Assembly: GCF_041909655.1 (NCBI RefSeq)
Contig: NZ_JAYRDA010000006.1
Span: 87,274-151,273, forward strand
Source of the DNA: Dongia sp.
GTDB lineage: Bacteria > Pseudomonadota > Alphaproteobacteria > Dongiales > Dongiaceae
Reading direction: 5' to 3'
Length of the DNA: 64,000 bases
The position numbers and the translations under genes are program-made. Of this stretch, positions 9,322-18,597 are shown piece after piece (the first letter of the stretch is position 1; each line of letters starts with the position of its first letter). Below the pieces are notes generated by a model, which was not told the origin of the DNA, searched no databases, and worked only from the letters and a program-made list of their open reading frames with translations.

Positions 9322-9735
9322 CTATTTCGCGGGATAGAGCTTGTCGGGATCGGCGACGATCTCGGCGACGATTTTGGGGGCACCGTCACGGATCGCGGTG
9401 AAAAAACAGGAGCGACGTCCGGTATGGCAGGCGACGCCCACCTGATCGACCATGAGGAGCAGGCAGTCCCGGTCGCAATCGGCCCGCAACTCGACCAGGC
9501 GCTGAATTTGACCCGAAGTATCGCCCTTGCGCCACAAGGCCCGGCGCGAGCGCGACCAATAGACGACACGGCCGCCGGTCAAAGTCTCGCGCACACTCTC
9601 GCGATTCATCCAGGCCATCATCAGGACCTCGCCACTGTCGTGCTGTTGCGCGATCGCGGGAATGAGGCCGTCGGCATCGAATTTGAGGCCGTCGATGAAG
9701 GCGGCAAGGTCGGGCGTGATGTCGGTCGTCGTCAT
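9322..9735 (-). CDS. hisI: Phosphoribosyl-AMP cyclohydrolase
   Basis: GLIPAIAQ, YWSRSRRALWRKGDTSG, DCDRDCLL, ACHTGRRSCFF. Start moved to ATG 9735. Confidence 0.93.
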   Translation of the reverse strand: MTTTDITPDLAAFIDGLKFDADGLIPAIAQQHDSGEVLMMAWMNRESVRETLTGGRVVYWSRSRRALWRKGDTSGQIQRLVELRADCDRDCLLLMVDQVGVACHTGRRSCFFTAIRDGAPKIVAEIVADPDKLYPAK

Positions 9736-9740
9736 GGCGA

Positions 9741-11066
9741 TCACCAAATGGACATGGGTTGCTTCACGTCGCCCTCGGCATAACGCGAGAGACGGAAGGC
9801 GCGAAGCGGGAGATTGCTGTTCTTGCCGGTCGCCAGATCGCACATCACGCGCCCGACAATCGGCCCCAGCGCAAAGCCATGGCCGCAGAAACCGGTGGCG
9901 ATCAGCAGGCCGGGATGATCCGATGGCGCATCGAGAACGGGGATGCCGTCGGGCAAGGAATCGATGTTGCCGGCCCATTGCTCGGCGATGCCCACGCGCC
10001 CGATCCCGGGAAAATCCCGCTGCAGCACACTTACCGCGTTTTTGAGGCGCTGCTGCTGCGGCAGGATCTGCGGCTCGCGCTCGTGGATTGCCGGGAACTT
10101 CGCCTCGTCACGCCAGGGCATGCGTTGTGCGAAATCGCGCAGCATCGGCGCGCCGATATGGAGGTCGATACCCTTCTTGCTGTCGAGATAGGGCTTCCAA
10201 TACCAAGGCGTCAGCCGCAGATGATCGAGCGTCAGATCGACATCGCCGTGGAGGCTGGAGGCGATGTTGAAGGAGCCGTCCTTGCGCTTCCGGAAGGCGA
10301 CATTGTCACCCACGAAAGCCGCATCGGTCAGATGCGGCAATATATTGGTGCGGGCGACCGAGGCGCGGATATGGGATTGCGGCAGGAAGATGCCGAGCCC
10401 CTTCAGGATGCGCCAGGAACTGGCACCGGCCGAGACCATCACCTTGTCGGTCTTGATGCGGCCCCATTCGGTGACGATGCCGACCACCTTGCCCCCGGCG
10501 CGTTCGATCTCGACGGCGCCGCAGCCTTCCAGCACAACGGCGCCCAAGTCACGCGCGCGTTGAGCGAAGGCAGGCGCCACCTTGCGCGGTTCGGCATGGC
10601 CGTCGCTGGCCGTGAAGAGACCACCCAGAATGGGGCCGCTATGACCCGGCAGCAGATTGGCGGTTTCGGCCGGCGACAGCAATTTTGAATCGAGGCCCAT
10701 ATCCCGCGTGTCCTGGAACCATTTCTCGCGATAGGCCATGGTGGCTGGGCGATTGGTGACATAAAGCGCGCCGCCCGGATTCCATTCGAGATCGGTATTG
10801 AGCTCGGCCTCGAGCCCGCGCCAGATTTCCTTGCAGGCCTGCATCAGGGGAATTTCGTCGGGGTCGCGCATCTGCACGCGCACGAAGCCCCAGGCGCGCG
10901 AACTCTGCTGCGCAGCGACGCGGGATTTGTCGATCAGCACGACTTTGAGGCCGGCTCGGGCCATGTAATAGGCGCTGGCGCAGCCTTGAATGCCGGCGCC
11001 GACGATGACGATATCCGCAGAAGCGGGAACGGCATTGGGGGCAGGCTGGGCAGGGATGCTGGTCAA
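9741..11066 (-). CDS. FAD-dependent oxidoreductase (DadA/D-amino acid oxidase family)
   Basis: IVGAGIQG dinucleotide motif, QSSRAWGFVRVQ, TGFCGHGFALGPIVG. Confidence 0.88.
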   Translation of the reverse strand: MTSIPAQPAPNAVPASADIVIVGAGIQGCASAYYMARAGLKVVLIDKSRVAAQQSSRAWGFVRVQMRDPDEIPLMQACKEIWRGLEAELNTDLEWNPGGALYVTNRPATMAYREKWFQDTRDMGLDSKLLSPAETANLLPGHSGPILGGLFTASDGHAEPRKVAPAFAQRARDLGAVVLEGCGAVEIERAGGKVVGIVTEWGRIKTDKVMVSAGASSWRILKGLGIFLPQSHIRASVARTNILPHLTDAAFVGDNVAFRKRKDGSFNIASSLHGDVDLTLDHLRLTPWYWKPYLDSKKGIDLHIGAPMLRDFAQRMPWRDEAKFPAIHEREPQILPQQQRLKNAVSVLQRDFPGIGRVGIAEQWAGNIDSLPDGIPVLDAPSDHPGLLIATGFCGHGFALGPIVGRVMCDLATGKNSNLPLRAFRLSRYAEGDVKQPMSIW

Positions 11067-11277
11067 GCGGTGACTCCTCGGAAGCGCGGCCGGATATTGG
11101 GGCGGGTTGGCAAGGGAATGTCCGGTTTCGGCGCATGACTGTCAATCGGGCCACATCGGGCGACATGCGCAAATGGACATCACGGCATGCGGCGCGGGCA
11201 TTTGACGCAGGTCGGGGCCTTCTGGGAGAGTGCCGCGCCGCCCGAGGTCAGTCATGCCCGGGCCTGCCGGGGGGTAT

Positions 11278-12198
11278 ATGGGTCGTTGGACGGGAATTGC
11301 GGGGCTGCTGCTGGCGGCTCTTTTCTGGGGCGGCATGATCCCACTGACCAAGTATCAATTGGAACGCTGGGATCCCTATTTCCTGGTCGCGGTGCGCTCG
11401 CTGGGGGCGGCACCCTTGCTGTTCCTGATGATGCTGTGGACCGACCGCAATCGCCCCGCGCCGGTACATGTTCCGGCTTCGAAGGTCTGGTTTTTCGGTG
11501 TCGTCGGCAATGGCGGCTTTGCCATCCTCTATACCGTGGGCGTGCAATTCAGCGATCCGATCCTGGCGGCAATCCTCACAGCCGCGGCGCCGGCCGTCGC
11601 CGCCGTGACCGACCGTGTCTTCTTCCGTCTGCCTTTCAACAAGCTGATGGTGCCCGGCATCATCGCCAGTGTTGTCGGCTGCGCGCTGGCCTCGATCGAT
11701 GGCAGCGGCGAGGGCGGCATCGCGTTTGGTGGCGGCGAGCTGCTGGTGCTTGCATCAACCGTGTGCTGGGCGTGGTACTCGACGGTGGCACAACGCTGGT
11801 GCCCGGACTGGTCGCAGGTGCGCATCACCTTCGCCACGATGGCGACGTCGGGGACGGCTATGTGCGTGATCTATGCCGTGCTGGCGCTGGGCGGCTGGGT
11901 TTCCTTCCCGCCGTCGCCGCCGGAAAGGTGGGAAGAGGCGTTCAGCCTCGGCTGGTATATCGTCACCGTGATGGTGCTGGGTGTCGTTCTATGGAATGCG
12001 GGCGTGCGCGCAGTCGGCGTCGTCACCGCCTCGCTCTATATCAACCTCACACCCTGCGTCGCCATCGTGATCCTGGTCATGTTGCAAGGCGCGCAGCCCA
12101 CCACCCAGCAATTGCTGGGTGGCGTCCTGGTTCTTGCCGGCATCGTCTATTCGGAATGGCGCATCCTGACGGCGAAACAGCCGGTCAGGTCCGTTTGA
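11278..12198 (+). CDS. DMT/EamA family transporter
   Basis: About 10 TM helices, LAALFWG start, SLYINLTP near the C-terminus. Start moved to ATG 11278. Confidence 0.85.
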   Translation: MGRWTGIAGLLLAALFWGGMIPLTKYQLERWDPYFLVAVRSLGAAPLLFLMMLWTDRNRPAPVHVPASKVWFFGVVGNGGFAILYTVGVQFSDPILAAILTAAAPAVAAVTDRVFFRLPFNKLMVPGIIASVVGCALASIDGSGEGGIAFGGGELLVLASTVCWAWYSTVAQRWCPDWSQVRITFATMATSGTAMCVIYAVLALGGWVSFPPSPPERWEEAFSLGWYIVTVMVLGVVLWNAGVRAVGVVTASLYINLTPCVAIVILVMLQGAQPTTQQLLGGVLVLAGIVYSEWRILTAKQPVRSV

Positions 12199-13177
12199 AC
12201 TTTCCTGCCGCCTTCCGCTTGGCCAGCAGGCAGATGAGGTCGCAGGCGAGATGGGCGGCGGCGAGGGCCGTGATCTGGCTCTGATCGAAAGGCGGGGCCA
12301 CCTCGACCACATCCATGCCGACCAGATCGAGTTCGGTGAAGCCGCGCACGATTTCCAGCGCCTGCGCACTGGAGAGACCGCCCGAGACCGGCGTGCCGGT
12401 GCCGGGTGCGAAGGCCGGGTCCAGGCAATCGATGTCGAAGGTGAAATAGGCCGGGTGATCGCCGACGATGCGGTTCACTTCCTTGATCACCGCCTGCGGT
12501 CCGTTGGCATGCACCCATTGCGCATCGAGGATGTTGATGCCCATGAAGTCGTCGTTCCAGGTGCGGATGCCGATCTGCACCGAACGCTTGGGATCGATGA
12601 GGCCGTCCTTTACCGCCTTGTAGAACATGGTGCCGTGGTTGAGGGAATCAGGCGTATCGTCCGCCCAGGTGTCGCAATGGGCGTCGAAATGGATGAGCGA
12701 GAGCGGCTTGCCGAATTTTTCGACATGCGCCTTCAACAGCGGATAGGTGACGTAATGGTCGCCGCCGAAGGTCAACATGCGCGCACCCGATTTCAGGATA
12801 TGGCGTGCATGATCGACGATGGCGTCGTGGATCGTCATCGGGTTGTGGACGTCGAGATAACAATCGCCGAAATCGATCACGGCCAGATTCTCGAAGGGAT
12901 CGAAACCCCAGGGATAGGGTTTCAGCGAGGCCACTTCGGCGGAAGCCAGCCGGATGCCCTGCGGCCCAAGCCGCGCGCCGGGGCGATGCGTGGTGGCGAG
13001 ATCGAGCGGCACGCCGCTGATCACCAATTCCGCATTGGCGAGGTCCTTGCTGTAATTGCGGCGCATGAAAGAAAGCACGCCGGCGAAGGTGGGTTCGAGG
13101 GCGAGGCCGTAGGGTGATTTGCGCGCGATGGCGCCGTCGATCTTGATCTCGCTGTGGTCATGCTGGTCGGTGGCCAT
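12185..13177 (-). CDS. speB: Agmatinase (ureohydrolase family)
   Basis: GGDHYVTYP, HFDAHCD, FDIDCLDPAFAPGTGTP, DVVEVAP Mn-binding motifs. Confidence 0.88.
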   Translation of the reverse strand: MATDQHDHSEIKIDGAIARKSPYGLALEPTFAGVLSFMRRNYSKDLANAELVISGVPLDLATTHRPGARLGPQGIRLASAEVASLKPYPWGFDPFENLAVIDFGDCYLDVHNPMTIHDAIVDHARHILKSGARMLTFGGDHYVTYPLLKAHVEKFGKPLSLIHFDAHCDTWADDTPDSLNHGTMFYKAVKDGLIDPKRSVQIGIRTWNDDFMGINILDAQWVHANGPQAVIKEVNRIVGDHPAYFTFDIDCLDPAFAPGTGTPVSGGLSSAQALEIVRGFTELDLVGMDVVEVAPPFDQSQITALAAAHLACDLICLLAKRKAAGKFKRT

Positions 13178-13208
13178 GTTGATGTATTCCGTTCCTGGGT
13201 TTGCTCAT

Positions 13209-13334
13209 TTGGGGATCTCCCCCAATGGTCGCCTGGGATAGCTCGTCGAAAAGATGTCGGATTATCCGGGGCTCTCCCCCGATGGTCGGCTTTCAGCGCG
13301 TCTCAAACTTGCCGAGGCTCTCCCCCGGCTGGTC
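13209..13334 (-). promoter_or_regulatory. Three tandem GACCA-stem-GAGA(G/U)-stem hairpin repeats in the agmatinase 5' leader; candidate cis-regulatory RNA
   Basis: Plus-strand copies at 13209-13230, 13266-13287 and 13311-13334; conserved loop, covarying outer stems. Confidence 0.55.
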
Positions 13335-13457
13335 TCATGCTCGAAACAGTGTCGTTTGCTGCCGCGAACTTGACGAAGATAAGCAAGCTTTAGCAGAGTG
13401 TCGAGCCATTGTTTGCTGGCGGCCCGTTCCCACCTTCGCCCGGATTACTGCAAAATC

Positions 13458-14408
13458 ATGACCAAATGGATTGGCTATTTCGGCCTGCTGCTCCTGGCGC
13501 TGCTCTGGGGCACGATGGTACCTGCCGTGGCGCATCTCCTCCATATTTGGGATCCCTATTTCCTGGCAGCCTTCCGTTATGTGGGCGCCGTGCCGCTGAT
13601 GTGGGTGGCGCTTTCTCTGATCGACCGGCGCAAGGCACCGCCGGCATCGGGCGCCGCGGTTACGCGCCCGGGTTGGCGCATCTGGCCGCTGGGAATCATC
13701 GGTATCGGTATCTATTCGGCGCTCTATACGGTGGGCGTGCAGCATTGCCATCCGGTGACGGCGGCGATCCTCAGTGCCACCAGCCCGGCTGTCGCGGCGA
13801 TCGTCGATCTCGTCGTCTTCCGCGTGCCGCTCGATAAGCGCATGCTGCCCGCCATCCTGCTCGCCATCATCGGCGGTGCGCTGGCGACGGTGCATTTCGG
13901 GGCCGGCGACATGTTCGATTTCCGCGGCGGCGAGATCCTGATCGTGACCGCCTTCGCCTGCTGGTCCTGGTATTCGACGGCGGCCCAGCGCTGGTGCCGC
14001 GGCTGGAGCCAGTTGCGCATCACCACCACGACGATGACCACCGGCGGCGCCGGCCTCATTGTGATCTATCTGGTCGCGGCGGCCTTAGGTGCTGCTATCC
14101 TGCCGCCACCCATGGCGACCGATCCGGTTGATTGGCTGGTGCTCGCCTGGGTCACCGTCGTGCTGGTGGCCTTTGGCGTCTATCTGTGGAATTTCGGCGT
14201 GAAGCGCACCGGCGTGGTGGTGGCCAGCCTCTATCTCAATCTGGTGCCCGTGGTGGCGATTGGCATTTTTGCACTTTCCGGCACGCTGCCCACCTGGCCG
14301 CAGATTCTGGGGGGCGTGCTGGTGATCCTGGGCGTGCTAATGTCGGAACTGCAATTGCTGAAGGCGAAGAAAATGGATCCGGCGCTCAATGCCGCGCAGC
14401 CTTCCTGA
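13458..14408 (+). CDS. DMT/EamA family transporter, paralogue of 11278-12198
   Basis: Shares WDPYFL, WYSTxAQRWC, SLYxNLxP with the upstream DMT. Start ATG 13458. Confidence 0.85.
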   Translation: MTKWIGYFGLLLLALLWGTMVPAVAHLLHIWDPYFLAAFRYVGAVPLMWVALSLIDRRKAPPASGAAVTRPGWRIWPLGIIGIGIYSALYTVGVQHCHPVTAAILSATSPAVAAIVDLVVFRVPLDKRMLPAILLAIIGGALATVHFGAGDMFDFRGGEILIVTAFACWSWYSTAAQRWCRGWSQLRITTTTMTTGGAGLIVIYLVAAALGAAILPPPMATDPVDWLVLAWVTVVLVAFGVYLWNFGVKRTGVVVASLYLNLVPVVAIGIFALSGTLPTWPQILGGVLVILGVLMSELQLLKAKKMDPALNAAQPS

Positions 14409-14421
14409 ACGGAGGAAAATC

Positions 14422-14772
14422 ATGGCCGACGTGAAACACTACAAGCGTAGCGAAATGACATTCGAGACCTATGGCGGCCCGCCGGGCACGGCCGAGATCA
14501 GCCGCCTGGTGGGGCCTGACGTCTCGCATACGATGGGCGTCGGCCTTGCTAAATTCGACGGCTGCTCGATCGAATGGACCGTGCTCTATGACGAGATGAT
14601 CATCGTCATCGAAGGCTGGTTCCGCCTGAAGCATCCGGGCGGCGTCATCGAAGCCGGTCCCGGCGATGTGATCTGGCTCCCGGAAAAGACGCCGATCACC
14701 TATGAGGGCGAAAAGGCCATCGTCTGCTACGCGCTCTATCCGGTGGATTGGAAGAAGCGGCATAATTTGTGA
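14422..14772 (+). CDS. EutQ-like cupin
   Basis: WTVLYDEMIIVIEG, AGPGDVIWLP; strong GGAGG Shine-Dalgarno. Confidence 0.8.
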   Translation: MADVKHYKRSEMTFETYGGPPGTAEISRLVGPDVSHTMGVGLAKFDGCSIEWTVLYDEMIIVIEGWFRLKHPGGVIEAGPGDVIWLPEKTPITYEGEKAIVCYALYPVDWKKRHNL

Positions 14773-14794
14773 GGACCACTCTACCAGTGTAAAT

Positions 14795-14884
14795 TTGTCA
14801 TCCCCGCGAAGGCGGGGATCCACGACTTACTTTCTTCGATGGCAAGCGAACTCGTGGATGGTCGGCCTTCGCCGACCATGACAA
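14795..14884. repeat. REP-like palindromic element, copy 1
   Basis: TTGTCAT-CCCCGCGAAGGCGGGG-ATCCACGA..TCGTGGAT-GGTCGGCCTTCGCCGACC-ATGACAA. Confidence 0.85.
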
Positions 14885-14899
14885 GAATTTTAGATTTCC

Positions 14900-16060
14900 C
14901 TACCCACTCATCTTCTCCACCAGCCGTTCCAGGAACGCCTCGCATTGCGCGATCTGGTCTAGGGTGACCCATTCATTGGGCTTGTGCGCTTGTTCGATCG
15001 AGCCGGGGCCGCAGATCACGGTCGGGATGTCGATCTGCTGGATGAGGCCGCCTTCGGTGCCGAAGGCGATCTTGATCGTGTCGTTGGTCTTGGCGAGCGC
15101 CTTGGCGATCACCGTGATCTCGGCATCCTCGGCGGTGTCGAGGCCGGGGAAGGCCGAGATGGGCTCCCAGGAGAAACCGCTCTCGCCGCTGATCGCACGC
15201 ATTTCCTTGGCGAGTTCCTCATCGGCGAAGCGCTTTACTTCGGCCACCAGATCGTCGGGGCTCTGGGCCGGAAGATAACGGAACTCGAAATCGAAGCTGC
15301 AATCCTTCGGCACGATGTTGAGCGCGGTGCCGCCTTTGACGATGCCGGTATGAACGGTCGTGTGCGGCACGTCGTAATCGGGGTCGAAGGGGCCTTCCTT
15401 GGCGAAACGCCGCCCCATGCGCTTCAGATAGCCGATCACTTCGGCGGCGTATTCCACCGCATTGACGCCCTGGGGTGCCAGCGACGAATGGCATTCCAGG
15501 CCGTGGACATGGCAGCGCAGGCTCTTTTTGCCCTTATGCGCGATGGCGACCTTCATCGAGGTGGGCTCGCCGATGATGCAGCCCCGGGGTTTCACCGGAA
15601 AGTCCTTGATGATCTCCAATGCCCGTCGCACGCCGACGCATCCCACTTCCTCATCATAGGAGAAGAGAAGATGTACCGGCGTGGTGAGCTCGCGCTTGGC
15701 AAGCTCGGGCACGGCGGTGAGCACGACGCCGACGAAGCCCTTCATGTCGGTGGTGCCGCGGCCATAGAGGCGGCCGTCTGATTCCTTCACTTTCCAGGGA
15801 TCGCTTGCCCAATCCTGGCCGTCCACGGGGACCACATCGGTATGGCCGGAAAGCGCATAGCCGGCCCTGTCATCAGGACCGATCGTTGCGTAGAGATTGG
15901 CCTTCTTGCCGGTCTCGTCCTTCATCAACTGGCTCTTGATGCCGAAGCCGTCGAGGTAATCCTGGACAAAGGCGATAAGGTCGAGATTGGAATTGCGGCT
16001 GGTGGTATCGAAGGCCACCAGGCGGCGGATCATCTCCAGACTCTCGGGGCGCGGGGCCAA
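14900..16060 (-). CDS. argE: Acetylornithine deacetylase (M20 family)
   Basis: LSGHTDVVP, GRGTTDMKG, YDEEVGC, GTEGG, QAHKPNE. TTG start follows AGGAG. Confidence 0.88.
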   Translation of the reverse strand: MAPRPESLEMIRRLVAFDTTSRNSNLDLIAFVQDYLDGFGIKSQLMKDETGKKANLYATIGPDDRAGYALSGHTDVVPVDGQDWASDPWKVKESDGRLYGRGTTDMKGFVGVVLTAVPELAKRELTTPVHLLFSYDEEVGCVGVRRALEIIKDFPVKPRGCIIGEPTSMKVAIAHKGKKSLRCHVHGLECHSSLAPQGVNAVEYAAEVIGYLKRMGRRFAKEGPFDPDYDVPHTTVHTGIVKGGTALNIVPKDCSFDFEFRYLPAQSPDDLVAEVKRFADEELAKEMRAISGESGFSWEPISAFPGLDTAEDAEITVIAKALAKTNDTIKIAFGTEGGLIQQIDIPTVICGPGSIEQAHKPNEWVTLDQIAQCEAFLERLVEKMSG

Positions 16061-16136
16061 GATGGTAACTCCTATTGACGGGTCCGTCCGGAGAGCATAC
16101 CGGGGAGGCTGATAATGGCAAGGCGAGGCGAAAAGT

Positions 16137-17021
16137 TTGTCGGCGCAGGAAAAGCATCTGACGGTGAAACATCTGCCCGGCATTCTCGTGCGATACGAGC
16201 CGGTGCCGGCGATTGTTCCTGCGCCAGTGGTCTTCGATTCACCCCATAGCGGGTATGCCTATCCGGAGGATTTCGATCATGTCGTGCCGCGCGACATGCT
16301 GCGCCGTGCCGAGGATGCCTTCGTCGACGATCTATATGAGGCCGCCCCCGGTTCCGGTGCCGGATTCCTGAAGGCCCTGTTTCCGCGCGCCTATATCGAC
16401 CCCAACCGGCATGAGGACGAGATCGATAGCGGTATGCTGGAAGGCCCCTGGCCGCGCCCGATCCGCGCCAGCGAAAAGGCGGAAATGGGCCTCGGGCTGG
16501 TGCGGCGCCTGATCAAGGGCCGGGTCGAGATCTATGACCGGCCGCTGCGGGTGGATGAGGTGATGGCGCGGATCGACAGCTATCACCGGCCCTATCATGC
16601 TGAGCTTGAAACTATGCTCGACGAACGCCTCGCGCGCTTCGGCGCGGTCTGGCACGTGAACTGCCATTCCATGCGCACCACGGGACGGCATCAGGGCAAG
16701 AGCATCCCGCGAGACGATTTCGTCCTCGGCGACCGGGAGGGGGCGAGCTGCGATCCGGCCTTCACCGAATTCGTGGCGGCCCGCTTGCGTGCGCTGGGCT
16801 ATTCGGTCCAGCTCAACCACCCCTTCAAGGGCGCGGAACTGATCGAACGTTTCGGCCGACCGCTGGCGGGGCGGCATTCGCTGCAGATCGAGGTCAATCG
16901 CGGCCTCTATATGGATGAGGACCGCATCGAGAAGCATCAGGGCTTCGGTGGCCTGAAGGCGGATATCGAACGCCTGATCGCCGATATCTGCGCCTTCGCA
17001 CTGGGGCAGGTTAAGGGCTAG
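16137..17021 (+). CDS. N-formylglutamate amidohydrolase family protein
   Basis: FDSPHSG, RAYIDPNR, YHRPYH, VNCHSM, HSLQIEVNRGLY. Start uncertain. Confidence 0.88.
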   Translation: MSAQEKHLTVKHLPGILVRYEPVPAIVPAPVVFDSPHSGYAYPEDFDHVVPRDMLRRAEDAFVDDLYEAAPGSGAGFLKALFPRAYIDPNRHEDEIDSGMLEGPWPRPIRASEKAEMGLGLVRRLIKGRVEIYDRPLRVDEVMARIDSYHRPYHAELETMLDERLARFGAVWHVNCHSMRTTGRHQGKSIPRDDFVLGDREGASCDPAFTEFVAARLRALGYSVQLNHPFKGAELIERFGRPLAGRHSLQIEVNRGLYMDEDRIEKHQGFGGLKADIERLIADICAFALGQVKG

Positions 17022-17033
17022 CGCGTCGCTCTT

Positions 17034-17123
17034 TGTCATGGTCCGCGAAGGCGGACCATCCACGAGTTTCAGCGAGACTGATGAAAGAAACTCGTGGATC
17101 CCCCGCCTTCGCGGGGGATGACA
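17034..17123. repeat. REP-like palindromic element, copy 2 (inverted relative to copies 1 and 3)
   Basis: TGTCAT-GGTCCGCGAAGGCGGACC-ATCCACGAG..CTCGTGGAT-CCCCCGCCTTCGCGGGGG-ATGACA. Confidence 0.85.
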
Positions 17124-17138
17124 GCTGGAATGGGGCCT

Positions 17139-17903
17139 CTAAGCCTGAAACTGCTCCTGCAAAATCCGCTCTTCCAGATGATGTTCCGGGTCGAACAGCA
17201 GGTTGAGTGCGATGCTGGGGTCCTGGCGGACGGTGACTTCGGTCACTTCCCGGACTTCGTTGTAATCGGCCGTGGCGCTGACCGGGCGGCGGCTCGGCTC
17301 GCGGATGATGAAGCGCAGTTTCGCGCGTTGCGGCAGGATGGCCCCGCGCCAGCGCCGCGGCCGGAACGGACTGATCGGGGTCAAAGCGAGGACTGCGGAG
17401 GAGAGCGGCAGGATCGGGCCATGGGCCGAGAGGTTGTAGGCCGTGCTGCCGGCGGGCGTCGCCACGATGACGCCGTCGCAGACCAGTTCGCCCATGCGCT
17501 CCTTGCCGTCGATCTCCAGATTGATCTTGGCGGCCTGGGCGGATTCCCGCAGCAACGAGACCTCGTTGATGGCGACCAGTTTGTGTTCGATCCCGTCGCT
17601 GGTCTTGGCGATCATCTGCAAGGGGTGGAGGGTGACCTGCTCGGCCCGGGCGAGGCGTTCGGGGAGGCCCACGGCGTCATAGCGGTTCATGAGAAAGCCG
17701 ACTGTGCCGCAATTCATGCCGAAGATCCGGACCGGGCGGTTCATGGTGTCGTGAAGGGCGCGCAACATGGTGCCGTCGCCGCCCAGCACCACGATCACTT
17801 CGGCATTCTCGTCGCCGGCGCCATAGCGGGCGGTGAGATCGGCCAGGGCAGCTTGGGCATCCGGTGATTCGGCCGCCACGAAAGCGATGCTCGGAATGCT
17901 CAA
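17139..17903 (-). CDS. NAD kinase
   Basis: [36 protein letters not shown]. Confidence 0.93.
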   Translation of the reverse strand: MSIPSIAFVAAESPDAQAALADLTARYGAGDENAEVIVVLGGDGTMLRALHDTMNRPVRIFGMNCGTVGFLMNRYDAVGLPERLARAEQVTLHPLQMIAKTSDGIEHKLVAINEVSLLRESAQAAKINLEIDGKERMGELVCDGVIVATPAGSTAYNLSAHGPILPLSSAVLALTPISPFRPRRWRGAILPQRAKLRFIIREPSRRPVSATADYNEVREVTEVTVRQDPSIALNLLFDPEHHLEERILQEQFQA

Positions 17904-18041
17904 GACGGTAATTCCCCCTGCCCATGTTCATGAATGGCGGGCGCAGTATAGCCACTGCCCGAATAAGTCACTAGTGGGGCGCTTGCCAAAGTGCTTTTGA
18001 CACAGCACTCTAGGCCGATAGCGGGGAATGTGGGGGATCAC

Positions 18042-18584
18042 ATGCGATTGGCGGGTTTCACCGGATTGATGATGGGGTTGTTGGTCTGTGCCGGCCCCCT
18101 GTCGGCGCAGGAGACGGCGCCGGAGACGATGGCTCCGGATGCCATCGCCCTTGAGCAATTCGAGGATGAATCCGGCGATCTGCACGAGGGCTATTACTAC
18201 CCGACGCCGCAGACAATCGAGCATTACACCAGCCGCGTCGTCACCCTGCCGGAGAGCGATGAAATCCGCCGCCAGGGCTTTGTCATCGGCATGGCGCGCC
18301 AGCAGATGGCGGCGCAATACACGCCCGATTATGCGATCTTCGCCAAGGGCGACGATTCACAAAAACTGATCATCACGGGCCTGCGCGACGGCTCGCTCGA
18401 CACGATCTACCGGGCGCGGGCGCTCTTTGCCAGCATGACCTTGATCGCGCGCTCGACGCCGTTCTTCCAGAAGAACACTCAGCCGGAAGAAGCGACGTTC
18501 TTCGATCTTCTGAAACTGCTGGGCTTCACCCAGGTCACCATCTCGGACGGCAAGGAATTCTGCCACCAGGTGATTATCGATTGA
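18042..18584 (+). CDS. Hypothetical exported protein
   Basis: Signal peptide (LSA-QE), good codon bias, GGGGGA Shine-Dalgarno; family not recognised. Confidence 0.75.
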   Translation: MRLAGFTGLMMGLLVCAGPLSAQETAPETMAPDAIALEQFEDESGDLHEGYYYPTPQTIEHYTSRVVTLPESDEIRRQGFVIGMARQQMAAQYTPDYAIFAKGDDSQKLIITGLRDGSLDTIYRARALFASMTLIARSTPFFQKNTQPEEATFFDLLKLLGFTQVTISDGKEFCHQVIID

Positions 18585-18597
18585 GGGGTTCTCTCAG

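Noticed and set aside
13209-13334. Leader repeats as a mini-CRISPR or cuckoo (CCUCCUCCC) sRNA
   Set aside because: The units are only about 22 nt, degenerate and unevenly spaced, with no cas genes. The C-run lies in the stems and G-U pairs favour the other strand.
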